Positions 50,065 through 63,806 of a DNA stretch of 64,000 nucleotides are shown piece by piece. Made by a program: the position numbers and the translations under genes. This stretch comes from Felis catus (Eukaryota). Below the pieces are notes generated by a model. It was not told where the DNA came from and ran no database searches. It saw nothing but the letters and a program-made list of their open reading frames with translations. The stretch lies in NCBI RefSeq assembly GCF_018350175.1, contig NC_058383.1, positions 39,494,001-39,558,000 on the forward strand. Direction: 5' to 3'. The number at the start of each line of letters is the position of its first letter. Within the stretch, counting starts at the first letter, position 1.

Positions 50065-50470
50065 TATTTATTGAACACATTCTATGTGCAAAGCTCTGGC
50101 GCAGACATTTGGGAGACACCAGAGGAGAAAAAACAAAACAAAACCCTGCCTTCAAGTAGCTCAGGTGCTCCAGGGGAGAAGGGTGGGCGAAGGAAGGGCG
50201 AGAAATTAGTGCGCTGGATGGAGCGGAGGGCAGGGGGTGTACTTTCACATGGGGTGGTGGGAGAGGATTCATCGAGAAGGTGACACCTGAGCCAGACCTG
50301 AAGTTGGTAAGCATGGACCCCTGTGGCTGTGTGGGGGAACAGTGCTTGTGGCTCCAGGGAACTAGCAGGGAGGAGAATGGAAGGGCAGGAGGTCGGAGAC
50401 AAATGGGGGTTCCTCGTGAGTCATTGTGAGGCGTTGACTTCTATGAGTTCAGCGTTTTGAGCTCTTTGTG
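50065..50470. mobile_element. L2-like ancient LINE fragment
   Basis: caaatatttattgaacacattctatgtgcaaagctctgg...gagaaggtgacacctgagccagacctgaag pattern. Confidence 0.55.
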
Positions 50471-50739
50471 TGATTGGCAGTGAAGCTAGTAAGCAGATCC
50501 CTTCCCTGGGAGAGGATCAGGGGAAACCTCTATGAGGAGACATCCGAGGGAAAAGAAACGAGGCAAATGGAGAGCAAGAAGAGCCTTCTGGGAAGAAGAG
50601 GTCCAGGGAGAAAGGTCGTCGTATCCCTGCGGGGTGAAGGCAGTAGTGCCTGGAAAGGGGGCAGGGTGACAAATGGGATAAAGCTGTGAGGCCAGCAAGC
50701 ACAGAGGTGGCAGGGGTGGGGCCAGGCCTGGGCTCCGCG

Positions 50740-50745
50740 TTTATT
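50740..50745 (-). terminator. RNF151 poly(A) signal AATAAA
   Basis: tttatt on +, about 12 nt after the stop codon. Confidence 0.75.
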
Positions 50746-50756
50746 TACGTCTCTAA

Positions 50757-52649
50757 TTACAAGGTACCTAGGCCCGGGGCTCCCCACACCTCGGCCCCAG
50801 TGCTGCCTTCTGGGGTGGCCTCAGTCTCCTCTTGCGGGGTGCCCACGATCAGCGCGTCGTCCTCCCGCAGGAAGTCCCGGAGCTGGGACAGCTGCCTGCG
50901 GATGAAGTTGGTGGCGTGGTGCACCTTGCGCACGCGCCGCAGGAGACCCAGCACCAGGCTCCGGCTGCGCTCCTGCCGCTGGCTCCAGGCCTCACGCAGC
51001 TCCTGGTAGCAGTTATGGTGGGCACGCTCCACCGGGCCCAGGGTGGCCCCACAGCCCAGTGGACAGTGCTGCTGGGCCCCATGCTGGCAGTGCTGCCGGT
51101 GCTCAGCCAGGGCCCCACGCAGCACCCGTGCCGGGCAGCCCTCGTTGGGACAAGCCATCAGCTCAAAAGGGCAGGAGTCCTGGTGCCCCCTGCGATGGGC
51201 CAGGGGGCATGTCACTAAGCAGCCAGCTTCTGCGTTCTTGCACTGGGGGTAGAGAGCACCATGTGAGCCAGGCCAGCTTGGACACTGCCAGCTCACGAGC
51301 GGCCTACCTTCCACAGACTCCCCCATCCGTCATATTGAACTGGGAGACGCCAAGCCCTAATGGCATCAATGATGAGGAGAGGGAAATCGTTGGGCAAATG
51401 CTGGGAGGTGGGAAGAATCGAGATCTCCGAGGCACAGGGCCTGAGGCTTGAGGAACCGAGACATCTATAAAAATAGGGGGCTGGAGAGTAGTGACCAGCA
51501 CAGCAGACACTTCGTTCTCTAAAAATTTTGTAGAATCCCCTTTTTACAACTGAGGCCCCAGGGGCTCAGAAAACTTAGGTAACTTGCCTAAAGTCACACA
51601 GCAAGTAAGTGACAGAGATGTGACTCAAACTCAGGACTGATGACCCCCAGGCTTCAGTCTATGCTGCTGGAGCAGAAACCCTCCGGTCTTTCGGATAGGA
51701 TTCTCCTTACCCCTCTCCTGGCTCTCCCCCTGCCCTGGCAAGGGGCAGAAGGGTGGTGGGAGTGGGTGCTTCAAGCTACCTTGACTTCCAAGCGGCCAAT
51801 GGTCCTCCGAAGTTTATTCACATGGACCATCTTTTTCCGTTTCACTTCTTTCCTGCAGCACGGACAGGTCTTTTGTCTAGGAGGCATGAGTTGGGGGGGG
51901 GGGGGAGGGGGGGAGTGTTGGGAGTGGGAAGGACCAGTTGGCAGCAATATGCCTTCCCAGGAGGTCCCTTCTCAAGCTGGAAGAGGCATGAGGGCTTCAT
52001 AGGGAATTCGGCTCTGAGGCTGGAGCCACAGATCCCACAGGCTGCAGGGGCCCACGCATTTTTATGTCCCAGGAGATTTGGCAGTGGACTCTTCCGGCCA
52101 TTGTAAGTCACTGCTCGGCAGGTCTTCCTCTCTATTCCAGGCCACAGCCTTGCTCCTGCCCTCCCAGCCTCTCGGGGACCCACTAGCACCTGGCTAGCCA
52201 CCGGAGGATGCATTTCTTGCAGAAGATGTGGCTGCATGGCAGCCTCACTGGCCTCTTGAGAACCCCGTGGCATACGGAGCACAGGAAGCTGCAGTCGGGA
52301 GGGCTGGCGAAGAGGTTGAGATCATATCCGCCACTCTGCAAAGGCCAAAATCAGGGCCTGGCTGGGACCAGGATCGGACCGCGTACCCAAAGGGAAACTC
52401 CAAGTGGAGGGTCGGGTCAGCGTCCATTTTGAGGGGGCAGCTGTGAGGGTCAAGACAACTACCAGTCCCTGGCTGGAATGGGCCTCGGCCTGGAGTTAGA
52501 CCTGACCAGAGCCCTCGGAAATGTTGGTTTTCTAGTCTCGTTTGGGAACCTGTTACCCAGTGTTCACACTCAGAATGAGGAACGGGGTCCAGCTCTGGAG
52601 TTAGGAACAAACTTAAGGGCCAGAGGCAAGAGGGTCCCATGCTCACCAT
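50757..52649 (-). CDS. RNF151: RING finger protein 151 (RING plus TRAF-type zinc finger), 243 aa, 4 exons
   Basis: Exon 1 ATG only (52649-52647, then GT); exon 2 52335-52190 ([14 protein letters not shown]...[24 protein letters not shown]); exon 3 51876-51780 (QKTCPCC...); exon 4 51242-50757. 732 nt in frame. Confidence 0.94.
51535..51670. mobile_element. MIR in RNF151 intron 3
   Basis: ttttacaactgagg...ggtaacttgcctaaagtcacacagcaagtaagtgacagag...tcaaactcagg, a clear MIR core. Confidence 0.7.
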
Positions 52650-54065
52650 GATCTGTGTCTGGACGGCAGCTCCACTGACCCCCAGGGATCAGGAGCCTCC
52701 ATTTCACAGCAGGAGTGGGCCGACATCACAGTGGCATTGTCCGGCTCAGGCCAATCACAGCCTTGGTCCAGGGCCGACTGGTAGGTATCCTGTACCATCT
52801 AGCCCTTGCTTATAATTGAGAGGTAGGCAGTGTGGACCGGGGGCAGGTGTCTGGAGCCTCTGCCTGATCCCCAGGCAGCACCAGGCCGGGAACCAAACTT
52901 CTGGGTGCTGTTTTCCCAAAGCTGAGGCTTCGGCAGGAAAGTAGGAATCATTCCCCTACCCTTCCTCAAATAGTGCTGCTCAGGCCAGATGTCCAAGGGC
53001 CCAGGACTTTTCCCACTGACCCACCAGCAGGTCTCTTAGGATCTAAGACATCTAGCTCCAGAGTACAGATGAGGGATGTCAGGACCAAATTCCCATACAA
53101 CCTGTGGTACCACAGTAACGGGGGGCCTAATATGCGGAAGGGTGTTCCAGAACAGGGAGGCTCTATTTGGGCAGGCCTAGGAGGAAAGACCTGTGGAGAC
53201 CAATCTCAACCTGGGAAACCAGGATGTTCCCACACCCGAGGCACATTACCAGAGAACTGTAGGTTCACTACCAGAGTGTTGAGCTCACCAAATCCTAAAG
53301 ACCCCATCCCCCTCCTGAGAACAACAGGGGGCCACTGCAAGCCTTTGAGCTGGGGATCTTACACTCTGATGCTATCAACCTCAAAAATAAAAATCAGTTA
53401 TTTTACTAGCAAAGGGAAATTCTTTAGAAATCACAGAGAACTGCAATTCAAGACATGCAAGCTATGCTAAAACCACAACCAAAGCCAACAAACAAAGGAA
53501 ATCTTTATTTTGTGAAAGAAAAAACTGGGAGAGATTTTTTTGAACCAACGTCCACCGGACAAAAGCAAGAGTTCAGGGTGATGGCGGTTTCTCACTGGCT
53601 GAGTCGCAGGAGTGATCCACACAGCTTTCCCTGATAAGGTCTGTAATTGATATTGAGCGGTAGGGCTCACCCTTCCTCACTCCCCCCCCCCCCCCCCACC
53701 GTATTTTAGCCTTGTTTCTCTGTATTCTCACTTTCTGGTGGTTTGCTGGCCCAGCCCAACTCACCACCAAGCTCGAAAAAACTTTATCTGCTCCTGGACA
53801 TGGTATGGGGTCTGGAGGAGCACACCTGGGTCTCCAATGTAGTCCTGCCACTTACAGAATGACTAACGAGTCACCTGCCAACCTCCGAGAGCCACGGTGT
53901 ACCCGTCTACACCATCCAACACAGAGTTGGACTGGTCGCGAAGAGGAGGTACCCCAGAGTCTCTCCCCTCCACAAACACCTTGCTCCCTGCGTCCCAGAG
54001 ATGCACCTCCCAGGCTGATGGCTGGGGGGGGGGGGGGGGGCAAGGGCAGTCACACGCGGTCGATT

Positions 54066-54440
54066 CAGACCACCAGCTTCGTTGAGCGCTGAGAGCAGAG
54101 CTTGCCTCCCTGCCGTCCTGGCGTCCTGGGCCTCGGGGTCGGGGCGCCGGCGACCTGCAGACAGAGCATGGAGTCAGGAGTCAGAGGCCAGAGCCCGGGC
54201 GGCGGGGCCGGGGCGGCCGCGCTTGTCGGGGCCTGGGTTTCACCTCCCCACACCGACGAGTGGGCGGTGAGCTGAGGCCCCCGGTGGCTCTGGGCGCCGA
54301 ATCTCACCCGCGGCCACGACCAAAGCCGCGGGTGATTTTCAACCAACGCCGTCCCCCCCAGCTACCACCTCGGGACGCGAGGACTAGACCTACCTGCAGC
54401 GAACAGGAGGAGCAAGACGACTGCAACTCAGAGAGTTCGC
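54066..54440 (-). ncRNA. SNHG9: SNHG9-like snoRNA host transcript (ends approximate)
   Basis: Splice donor after 54394 (CAG|gtaggt) and acceptor before 54154 (ctgcag|) bracket SNORA78; divergent from RPS2, as in the human locus. Confidence 0.6.
54221..54347 (-). ncRNA. SNORA78: H/ACA snoRNA SNORA78 (ACA64), 127 nt
   Basis: Reverse complement GTTGGTTGAAAATCACCCGCGGCTTTGG...GAAACCCAGGCCCCGACAAGC closely matches recalled human SNORA78; ACA box 3 nt from the 3' end; intronic. Confidence 0.88.
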
Positions 54441-54622
54441 GCCGCGGGGCCGCAGGCGCGCAAGCGCACACAAAGCGGGCGGGGGAACACTGGGAGCGCG
54501 TCACCACCTGTCTGATTGGTCCGTGGCAAAGTCGCGCCTAGGGCGGCCACGGTCTCGCGGCACTTGGCTTGCAATAAATGCTCCCTCCCGCGCGGCCTAG
54601 TTCTTCTTCTCCGGGAATACAC
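54440..54622. promoter_or_regulatory. Bidirectional RPS2/SNHG9 promoter and RPS2 non-coding exon 1 (5' TOP)
   Basis: Pyrimidine start ttcttcttctcc at about 54600; donor CAC|gtgagt at 54622/54623; reverse CCAAT (attgg, ~54515); TCTCGCG (~54553). Confidence 0.7.
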
Positions 54623-54774
54623 GTGAGTCTTCCTGCTGCGGGTGGCAGTACCCGGGCCGGGCTGGTGGGAGTGCGCGGACGGCCGGCGGGGCCCCGGGTT
54701 GGCGCGTTGGCGCTCCCGGGAGGGAGTCGTGCTCTGGGCGCCTCGTGCGACCGCGAATGCCAGGGCTTCGCTGA

Positions 54775-56613
<1,839 letters not shown>

Positions 56614-56627
56614 TTTTGTATGAGAAA

Positions 56628-56633
56628 AATAAA
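56628..56633 (+). terminator. RPS2 poly(A) signal AATAAA
   Basis: About 15 nt after the stop, followed by a GT/T-rich downstream element. Confidence 0.85.
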
Positions 56634-56790
56634 GTGAATTGAAGCTTGTTAATAGTGGTTTTTTTTTTTTTTTTCAAGGTTAGTAGCAGGTATATTTGAA
56701 GGGTGATGAAGCCAACGAAATGAATTAAGATTCGCCAATAGGTCAAATAAGGATTGAAAAAGACTAAAAGCCAATTTGATATTATCACTC

Positions 56791-56796
56791 TTTATT
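56791..56796 (-). terminator. NDUFB10 poly(A) signal AATAAA
   Basis: tttatt on +, about 38 nt after the stop. Confidence 0.8.
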
Positions 56797-56833
56797 TCAG
56801 CAATAGTTCCGTATGGGGGCTGAAAGAGCTGCC

Positions 56834-59679
56834 TCACGCAGCGGCGGCCTCTTTAGCAGCTTTTCTCTCTGCCAGCATCCGCTGCTTCTGCTTCGCCAGG
56901 CACTTTCTGGCTGAATAATGGGCACCCAGGTCGTGATCTGAGGAAGAGATTGGGGGAGGGAAGTCATGGGCCAAATCTACCAAAGGCATAGACTGGAGTC
57001 TTCTCTAGAAGCAGAGAAAGAAAAGGCAGCACAGATACCTGGCAGCAAACAGACCCCTCCCCCAACCAGTCAGCACACTTGGGCAGGAACGTTTGTAAAA
57101 AACCCTGACTGGAGAAAATGGAGGGTCGAAGGATGAGGCCAGTGTGGGGGCTCACGTACAGCGGTCCTGGTAGGCCTTGGCCACCTGGGCAAACTGCTCC
57201 ATCTCCTTGGCGCAGTTCTCCCTGTAGCTCTCGCCTTCCCTCTGCTGACACGCCTTCAGCCTTTCCTGGATAATATTGACGATTTCTTGATCAACTTTAC
57301 TGAAAGAAGAACCAAGAAAGTGGTCCACAAAGAATCCTTACCTGTACCCAGAGGTCATAGGTCGGGGCTCTCCACCCACAAGATGTGGGCCAAGCCCAGG
57401 AGGCATTCTTGTCAACCAACCACCATCCCAGGGTCTCCCCAGGGAAAGGGCCCAGCCAGGGATGCTCACTGTGCAAGGCTCAGTATTCCCTGACTTAAGA
57501 AGGGACATACTAGTCTCTCCTCCATTGCATTTCTGCTTCAAACATGCACAAGACATCCTTTTCCTGGCACTCGGTGATGTCTGGCACACGACGGAACTCC
57601 CGATGGTAGTAGTAATACCTGTTCTTCGCATGCTGCCGCTCTATAAACTCTGTAAAGAGAAAAACCCTACTTGTTTGGACAGGCCAGAGTCTGGGCTCTT
57701 AGCTTTGTTACTTCCACAAACCAAAGAAGCAGGTTTCCCAAATGTTCCCAGCTTTCACAAAGACTGCCATTTGGACTCCTATAACAAGTGTGGCTGGTAG
57801 CCCTGGGCTACAAATGGTGACCTCCACCACTTACGGAGGGTTCCTGGGAGCCAGGCACGTTGTCTCACTCGGTCCCCAAAACAATCCTATGGGGTGGGTC
57901 CTTTTCAGTACACCGAGGCCCAGAGAGATAAAGGATTCAGAACCCACGCTCTGCAAGCCCACACCCTTCTCCAGATCCTCCTGTGGGCCAACCTCGCCCA
58001 CCGCACAAGGTCTCCACCCTGTAGGCAGTCGGCCCGTGCCAGTTTCCACCACTGACCTTCTGGCCTCAACTTCCCCACCGGTAAACTAACGAGTTGGAAC
58101 TGGTGCGATCTCATCCCTCCAGACGTATAGAACACTTTCTAGGGGCGCCTGGGTGGCTCAGTCGGTTAAGCGTCCGACTTCAGCTCAGGTCGCGATCTCA
58201 CGATCCAGGAGTTCGAGCCCCGCGTGGGACTCTGGGCTGATGGCTCAGAGCCTGGAGCCTGCTTCCGATTCTGTGTCTTCCTCTCTCTCTGCCCCTCCCC
58301 CGTTCATGCTCTGTCTCTGTCTCAAAAATAAATAAAAACGTTAAAAGAAAAAACTTTCTAAAAAATCATTACAAAAAAGAGGAGTGGATCCATTGCCGTG
58401 CCTTTTCCAGATGTGGGGGTCTGATTTGTTGACTTTATCCCAACAAGCCACCAGGGCATGGCGCTCACTCCAAATGTTTTGTTGTTGAACGAATGAATTG
58501 GTTAATTATATTTTTTTTTTTAATTTTTTTTCAACGTTTTTTTATTTTTATTTTTGGGACAGAGAGAGACAGAGCATGAACGGGGGAGGGGCAGAGAGAG
58601 AGGGAGACACAGAATCGGAAACAGGCTCCAGGCTCCGAGCCATCAGCCCAGAGCCCGACGCGGGGCTCGAACTCACGGACCGGGAGATCGTGACCTGGCT
58701 GAAGTCGGACCCTTAACCGACTGCGCCACCCAGGCGCCCCGGTTAATTATTTTTTTAACGGAGGCTCCATGCCTAGCGTGCAGTCCAACACATGGCTTGA
58801 ACTCACAACCCTGAGATCAAGACCTGAACTTGAGATCAAGAGTGGGATGCTTAACCCACTCAGCCACCCTGGCACCCTTGAATTGGTTAATGGATGAATT
58901 GCTTAGCATTAGTGACTGAGGGCAGTGTGTGCTCCTGCTACGGAGCGAGCTGAACAACAAACTGGGCAACAAAGAGCTGTTTTAAACATCTACCTGGTTT
59001 GGACCACGGTTGGGGGTATCTGGACAGCTCTTAAGCTTGGGCACACACGGAGTACAAGTCACAGCATATCTAGGTCGAGGGGACCTCGGCCATCCCCTGA
59101 CTATCCGGGTCATTTTGTAGGCGTGCAGAGGGTTAGCAGAGAACCCTTCAACAGCCGTTTGCTGACTGCCTACTGTGCACAACTCAGGATGCAAAGCGTG
59201 CAGGGAGAATGGGGTTTAACAAGCCTCAGGCCAGGGTGCGATCCGCACACACCCCCTAATATTTGGGCGAGCCTGGAGACCAGGGGTGCGTGGAGAGTTC
59301 CCCCAGGCGGCGAGGGCCGGAAAGCAATGAGGGGTCTTGGTGCAGAAGCGAGGGGTGTTCCTAGGGTGCAGTGGAAACGGGATGGGGGTCCAAGGAGGCG
59401 ACGAGACCCCAGGTGTCCGGGTGGGGACGACGGGGACCGGTCACAGGGGCGAAGCCCTAGGTGCGACGGAGTATTCCAGATTGGGCGGCGGGGGGCCCTG
59501 GGGAGCGGTGAGGCCCAGATGGGGTTCGTACCTCTCACTAGGGTCACAGGTCGGTCCACGAGGAGATCGAAGGCCTTCGTCACATAGGTTATGGGGTTGG
59601 GCAGCGAGGTCTGCGGCGAGGGCGCCGGTGTGCGGCGCGGGGGCTCGGGGTACACGTCCTTATCCCAGCTATCCGGCAT
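56834..59679 (-). CDS. NDUFB10: NADH dehydrogenase 1 beta subcomplex subunit 10 (PDSW), 176 aa, 4 exons
   Basis: Exons 59679-59532, 57649-57511, 57299-57160, 56937-56834; 531 nt. Starts [14 protein letters not shown]; [18 protein letters not shown]; CX6C and CX11C cysteine pairs. Confidence 0.97.
58142..58353 (+). mobile_element. CAN-SINE in NDUFB10 intron 1
   Basis: Full length with A tail; flanking aaca/aaaa-ctttcta duplication. Confidence 0.93.
58511..58878 (-). mobile_element. Young CAN-SINE (58511-58740) inserted in the tail of an older CAN-SINE (to ~58878)
   Basis: Inner duplication ggttaattat; outer duplication tgaattggttaat. Confidence 0.9.
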
Positions 59680-59806
59680 GGCGGCGGCGTGCGGTGGGGC
59701 TCTTCTCTCGGACGAGCGAGCCTGGCCTCTGACCGGTTACCACGGCCTAGTTCGCCCGCAGCAGAGGACAACCTAGGGCGGCTGCGCCGGCGCAAGGCGG
59801 CCGGCA

Positions 59807-59918
59807 CTCGCGAGGCACCATGGGACTTATAGTTCTCCCGCAGCAGAGGCCGCTGTAGGACAGCTGCGCCTGCGCGGGACTGCCTGCGCTCGCGAGGCAC
59901 CATGGGACTCGTAGTTCT
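59807..59918 (-). promoter_or_regulatory. NDUFB10 promoter with two copies of a 30-bp element (ZNF143/THAP11-type ACTAYRnnnCCCR plus CTCGCGAG)
   Basis: 59807-59836 and 59889-59918 are 28/30 identical. On the minus strand they read ACTATAAGTCCCA and ACTACGAGTCCCA. NRF1-like tgcgcctgcgc lies between them; CCAAT at ~59929. Confidence 0.75.
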
Positions 59919-59984
59919 GCAGGCCCGCCCAATGGTGGGCTCGGGAAACCCCTCCCAGCGCGGGGGCTGCGGCTTGTGTGCTGT

Positions 59985-60240
59985 GCGCTAGACGCTGGTC
60001 TCGGCGCTTGGAATACGCCAGTGGAGAAAACAGAGGCCCCTGCTTACGTTCTAAGACGAGACAAACACTGGAAGAAGCAGACTATTCATTCAGTTTCTTT
60101 GGTGTGCAGGTACGTGGCAAGTGCAGTAGGCGGCAAGATGAACAGAGCTGGGCCCTTCTGGAGAACTCAGACCGGTAGAACAACCAAAAAACACAACAAA
60201 GTCAACAAATAAACTACCAAATGCCCCACTCTTTCAGGAA
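59985..60240. mobile_element. L2-like ancient fragment
   Basis: ctaggcgcttggaatacgccagtggagaaaacagaggcccctgcttacgttcta and cattcattcag motifs. Confidence 0.45.
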
Positions 60241-61069
60241 GCCTTCCTGAATTGTCCCTTCCCTGCAGCCTTCTCTGGGCTCCACTGTGTCTTCCAGAGC
60301 CCCTCATGGACTGGCCAATGCCAGTAAGCTTAGGGGGCCTTTCTGGGGCAGAACAAGAGGCAGGGCTTGCCCTTGGGGCCCTCACCCACAGGGAGAAGTG
60401 GCTCCTATGCTGGACACAGAGTGCTCTGGTCTGGGACTGATGTTTCTGTCCCGGCCCCGAGCACTGTTGTGCCCCCTGGGGTAGCTCCACTGACCAGGGC
60501 CCTGTTGATCACCTTCCGTGATCTCCTTATCTGGCATGGCCCTCGGCCAGGACCACGGAGGGTGCTGGTCACTTCATGCCTGGAGGCCGGGGTCAGGGAC
60601 ATGGAGCCATCAACTCTACGGATGCACAGGATCTGGGGTCACAGAAATGTCAGATCGTGAAATCACGAACCCTTAGAAACACACACTGTCAGACCAAAAG
60701 AATCTTAACATTGGCCTGTACCGTGGGGATGAACAAGGGGATCCCACAGAGCCAGGCCCGATGCCACCGCTATGGCTCACCAGAAGAATATGAGAAAGCA
60801 GAGAACTCGATTAAAGCAAAGCACGGGAGTGGCATCTTTCCGCTGCTGTTTGGTAGCAGAGGGGCTTGGGGATCATGTAGCAGAAGCAGGAAAAGGCATA
60901 CGAGAGGGAGGAGCCCAAGTAGCTTGTGGCTCTGTGCCCGGCCCCCTGGTTCTTGGCCCGTGTGCCAGGAACCGTTCCTACCACAGCCGCCTGTCTTGCT
61001 GTGCTCAAGGGCCTCAGCATGGGTGGCCTTCCCTTTGCCCTGAGTGCGCGGGTGTCCCTTCTTTTCTTT

Positions 61070-61295
61070 TCTTTTCTTTTTTTTTTATGTTTTATTATTT
61101 ATTCTTGAGAGAGAGAGAGAGAGAGACAGAGCTTGAGCGGGGGGAGGGGCAGAGAAGGAGACACAGAATCCCAAGCAGGCTCCAGGCCCTGAGCTGTCAG
61201 CACAGAGCCCAACACAGGGTTTGAACTCACAAGCTGTGAGATCGTGACCTGAGCCCAAGTCGGACGCTTTACCGACTGAGCCACCCAGGCGCCCC
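61070..61295 (-). mobile_element. CAN-SINE
   Basis: Perfect 15-bp TSD gcgggtgtcccttct (61048-61062 and 61297-61311). Confidence 0.95.
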
Positions 61296-62086
61296 TGCGG
61301 GTGTCCCTTCTGTGCTTCCTCCGCTCAGGTAGTCTCTCTCCCCCTGGGCCACTCCTGGGGCTGAGGGTTGCCCCTTCCCAGTGATTTAATTCCTGTGGGG
61401 CTCAGCCCAAAGTGTTACAAGTTCTTTTGTCATTAACAACAGCAATGACAGAGAATTGTGACATTTTACTAGCACAAAATCTTAGCGCCAGCAAGGCAGG
61501 GTCCCCAGGCCCTCAGAGACATTTCAGGCCTGTAAAACTGACTCTATCTATAGGTTCAGAACTTGATAAGCGTAGAACCTTTGTTCTTGGATGACAGCTA
61601 TTCCCACCCCCGGCCCCCGGCACCCCAGGCAGTTTGACCAGGCCCTGCTCGCAGCCCTCAGGACGAGACAGGAACAGCCAGCCAAGTGGACCAGACCCTC
61701 CTGACCGCAGCTGCCTGAGAGAAGCCCTCTCCCCAACCTGGGCTCCTTGACTCTTTACCGGGCCGACTTGTTCCTGGCCTGGGAGGGCAACACAAGGCAG
61801 AAAACGAAGTGGTGTGACCCAGTCCCGGGGCCCTTGAGGAAAGCAGTGACAGGCCTGGCTCCAGGTATCCCCACCCCAGCCTGCCCATCGGATGCCCCCT
61901 CTCGCTCCGCCCCAGGCCAGGCCTGCTCCTGGCACCAGAGCCCATGACCGCCACGGAACATGACCAAGCTCTTCTGCCAGGGGCTAAATCTGGGACCTGG
62001 CTGCCGGGCGTTCTGGCCCTGCCATTCGACCTCCAGCGCCTGTCGGGGAGGCCCCTTCCTTTCCTGACCTGCCGGGACGGGCTGCC

Positions 62087-62792
<706 letters not shown>

Positions 62793-62949
62793 TGACTGTC
62801 ATCAAGCCCTGACCGCTGGCCACCCCTCGAGGTGTGTTCTGTCATCGCCCCCGGTTTACAGATGAGGAAATTAAGCAGTTATGAAACTTGCCCATCACCA
62901 GTCCGTAAGTGGGAGAGCTACAGTTCAAAGGCAGGTGCCCCGATATACC

Positions 62950-63250
62950 TTTTGTTTTGAGATCATTGTAGAATCCCATGCACCCGTGACCCAATTTCCC
63001 GACGGAAACATCTTATAAACTACGGTAATATGTCACAACTGGTTATCGACATGGATACAACCTACCCATTGTGTTCACGTTTCCTGTGCGTGTTTAGTTC
63101 CATGCGGCTCTGCCACGTGTAAATGTGTGTACCGTGGAACATTCCATCCTCACGGGAGTCCTTCCTGCTGCCCCTTTATAGCATCAGCCACCACCCCTCC
63201 AACTTTGTGGCAGCTACTCATGTGTTCTGTTCATCACCTCATATATGTGT
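62950..63250 (-). mobile_element. Old L1 3' end fragment in RPL3L intron 2
   Basis: gagatcattgtagaatcccatgca...cccaatttcccgacggaaacatcttataaactacggtaatatgtcacaac, an L1M-type 3' UTR pattern. Confidence 0.55.
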
Positions 63251-63274
63251 GTATGTATATACATACATATATTT

Positions 63275-63440
63275 TTTTGAGAGCGAGGGAGTGTGAGAGG
63301 GGGAGGAGCAGAGAGAGAGAGGGAGAGAGAATCCCAAGCAGGCTCCATACTGACGGTGTGCTTTATCCCACGAACCGTGAGATCATGACCTGAGCTGAAA
63401 TCAAGAGTCAGACGCTTAATCGCCTGAGGCACGCAGGCTC
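63275..63440 (-). mobile_element. Older CAN-SINE
   Basis: gagagaatcccaagcaggctcc...gagatcatgacctgagctgaaatcaagagtcagacgcttaa. Confidence 0.85.
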
Positions 63441-63591
63441 CCCATCTCCTGATATGTTTCTTTTAGACTTGCTTTTACTTTGTTTTAGTGTCAGTAATAA
63501 CATCTATGAAATCACGGGTTTTGGACAAAATACAGGTATTTTTCTAGAGCTCATCAACGTATATTCACAACTGTTAAAATTTCAACGGCTT

Positions 63592-63806
63592 GGGGCGCCT
63601 GGGTGGCTTGGTCGGTTGAGCGTCCGACTTCGGCTCAGGTCATGATCTCACGGTCCGTGAGTTCGAGCCCCGCGTCGGGCTCTGTGCTGACAGCTCAGAG
63701 CCTGGAGCCTGTTTCAGATTCTGTCTCCCTCTCCCTGACCCTCCCCTGTTCATGCTCTGTCTCTGTCTCAAAAATAAATAAACGTTAAAAAAAAATTTTT
63801 TTTAAA
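63592..63806 (+). mobile_element. CAN-SINE in RPL3L intron 2
   Basis: Perfect 16-bp TSD taaaatttcaacggct (63575-63590 and 63807-63822). Confidence 0.95.

Noticed and set aside
50757-51326. Initial suspicion that RNF151 is a truncated pseudogene lacking its RING
   Set aside because: Exons 1-3 were found with correct phases and an intact RING; the ORF track simply missed them.
61400-62086. Muscle enhancer motifs (MEF2, E-box, CArG) upstream of RPL3L
   Set aside because: Only imperfect matches (ctatctatag, gctaaatctg, one cagctg), at background frequency.
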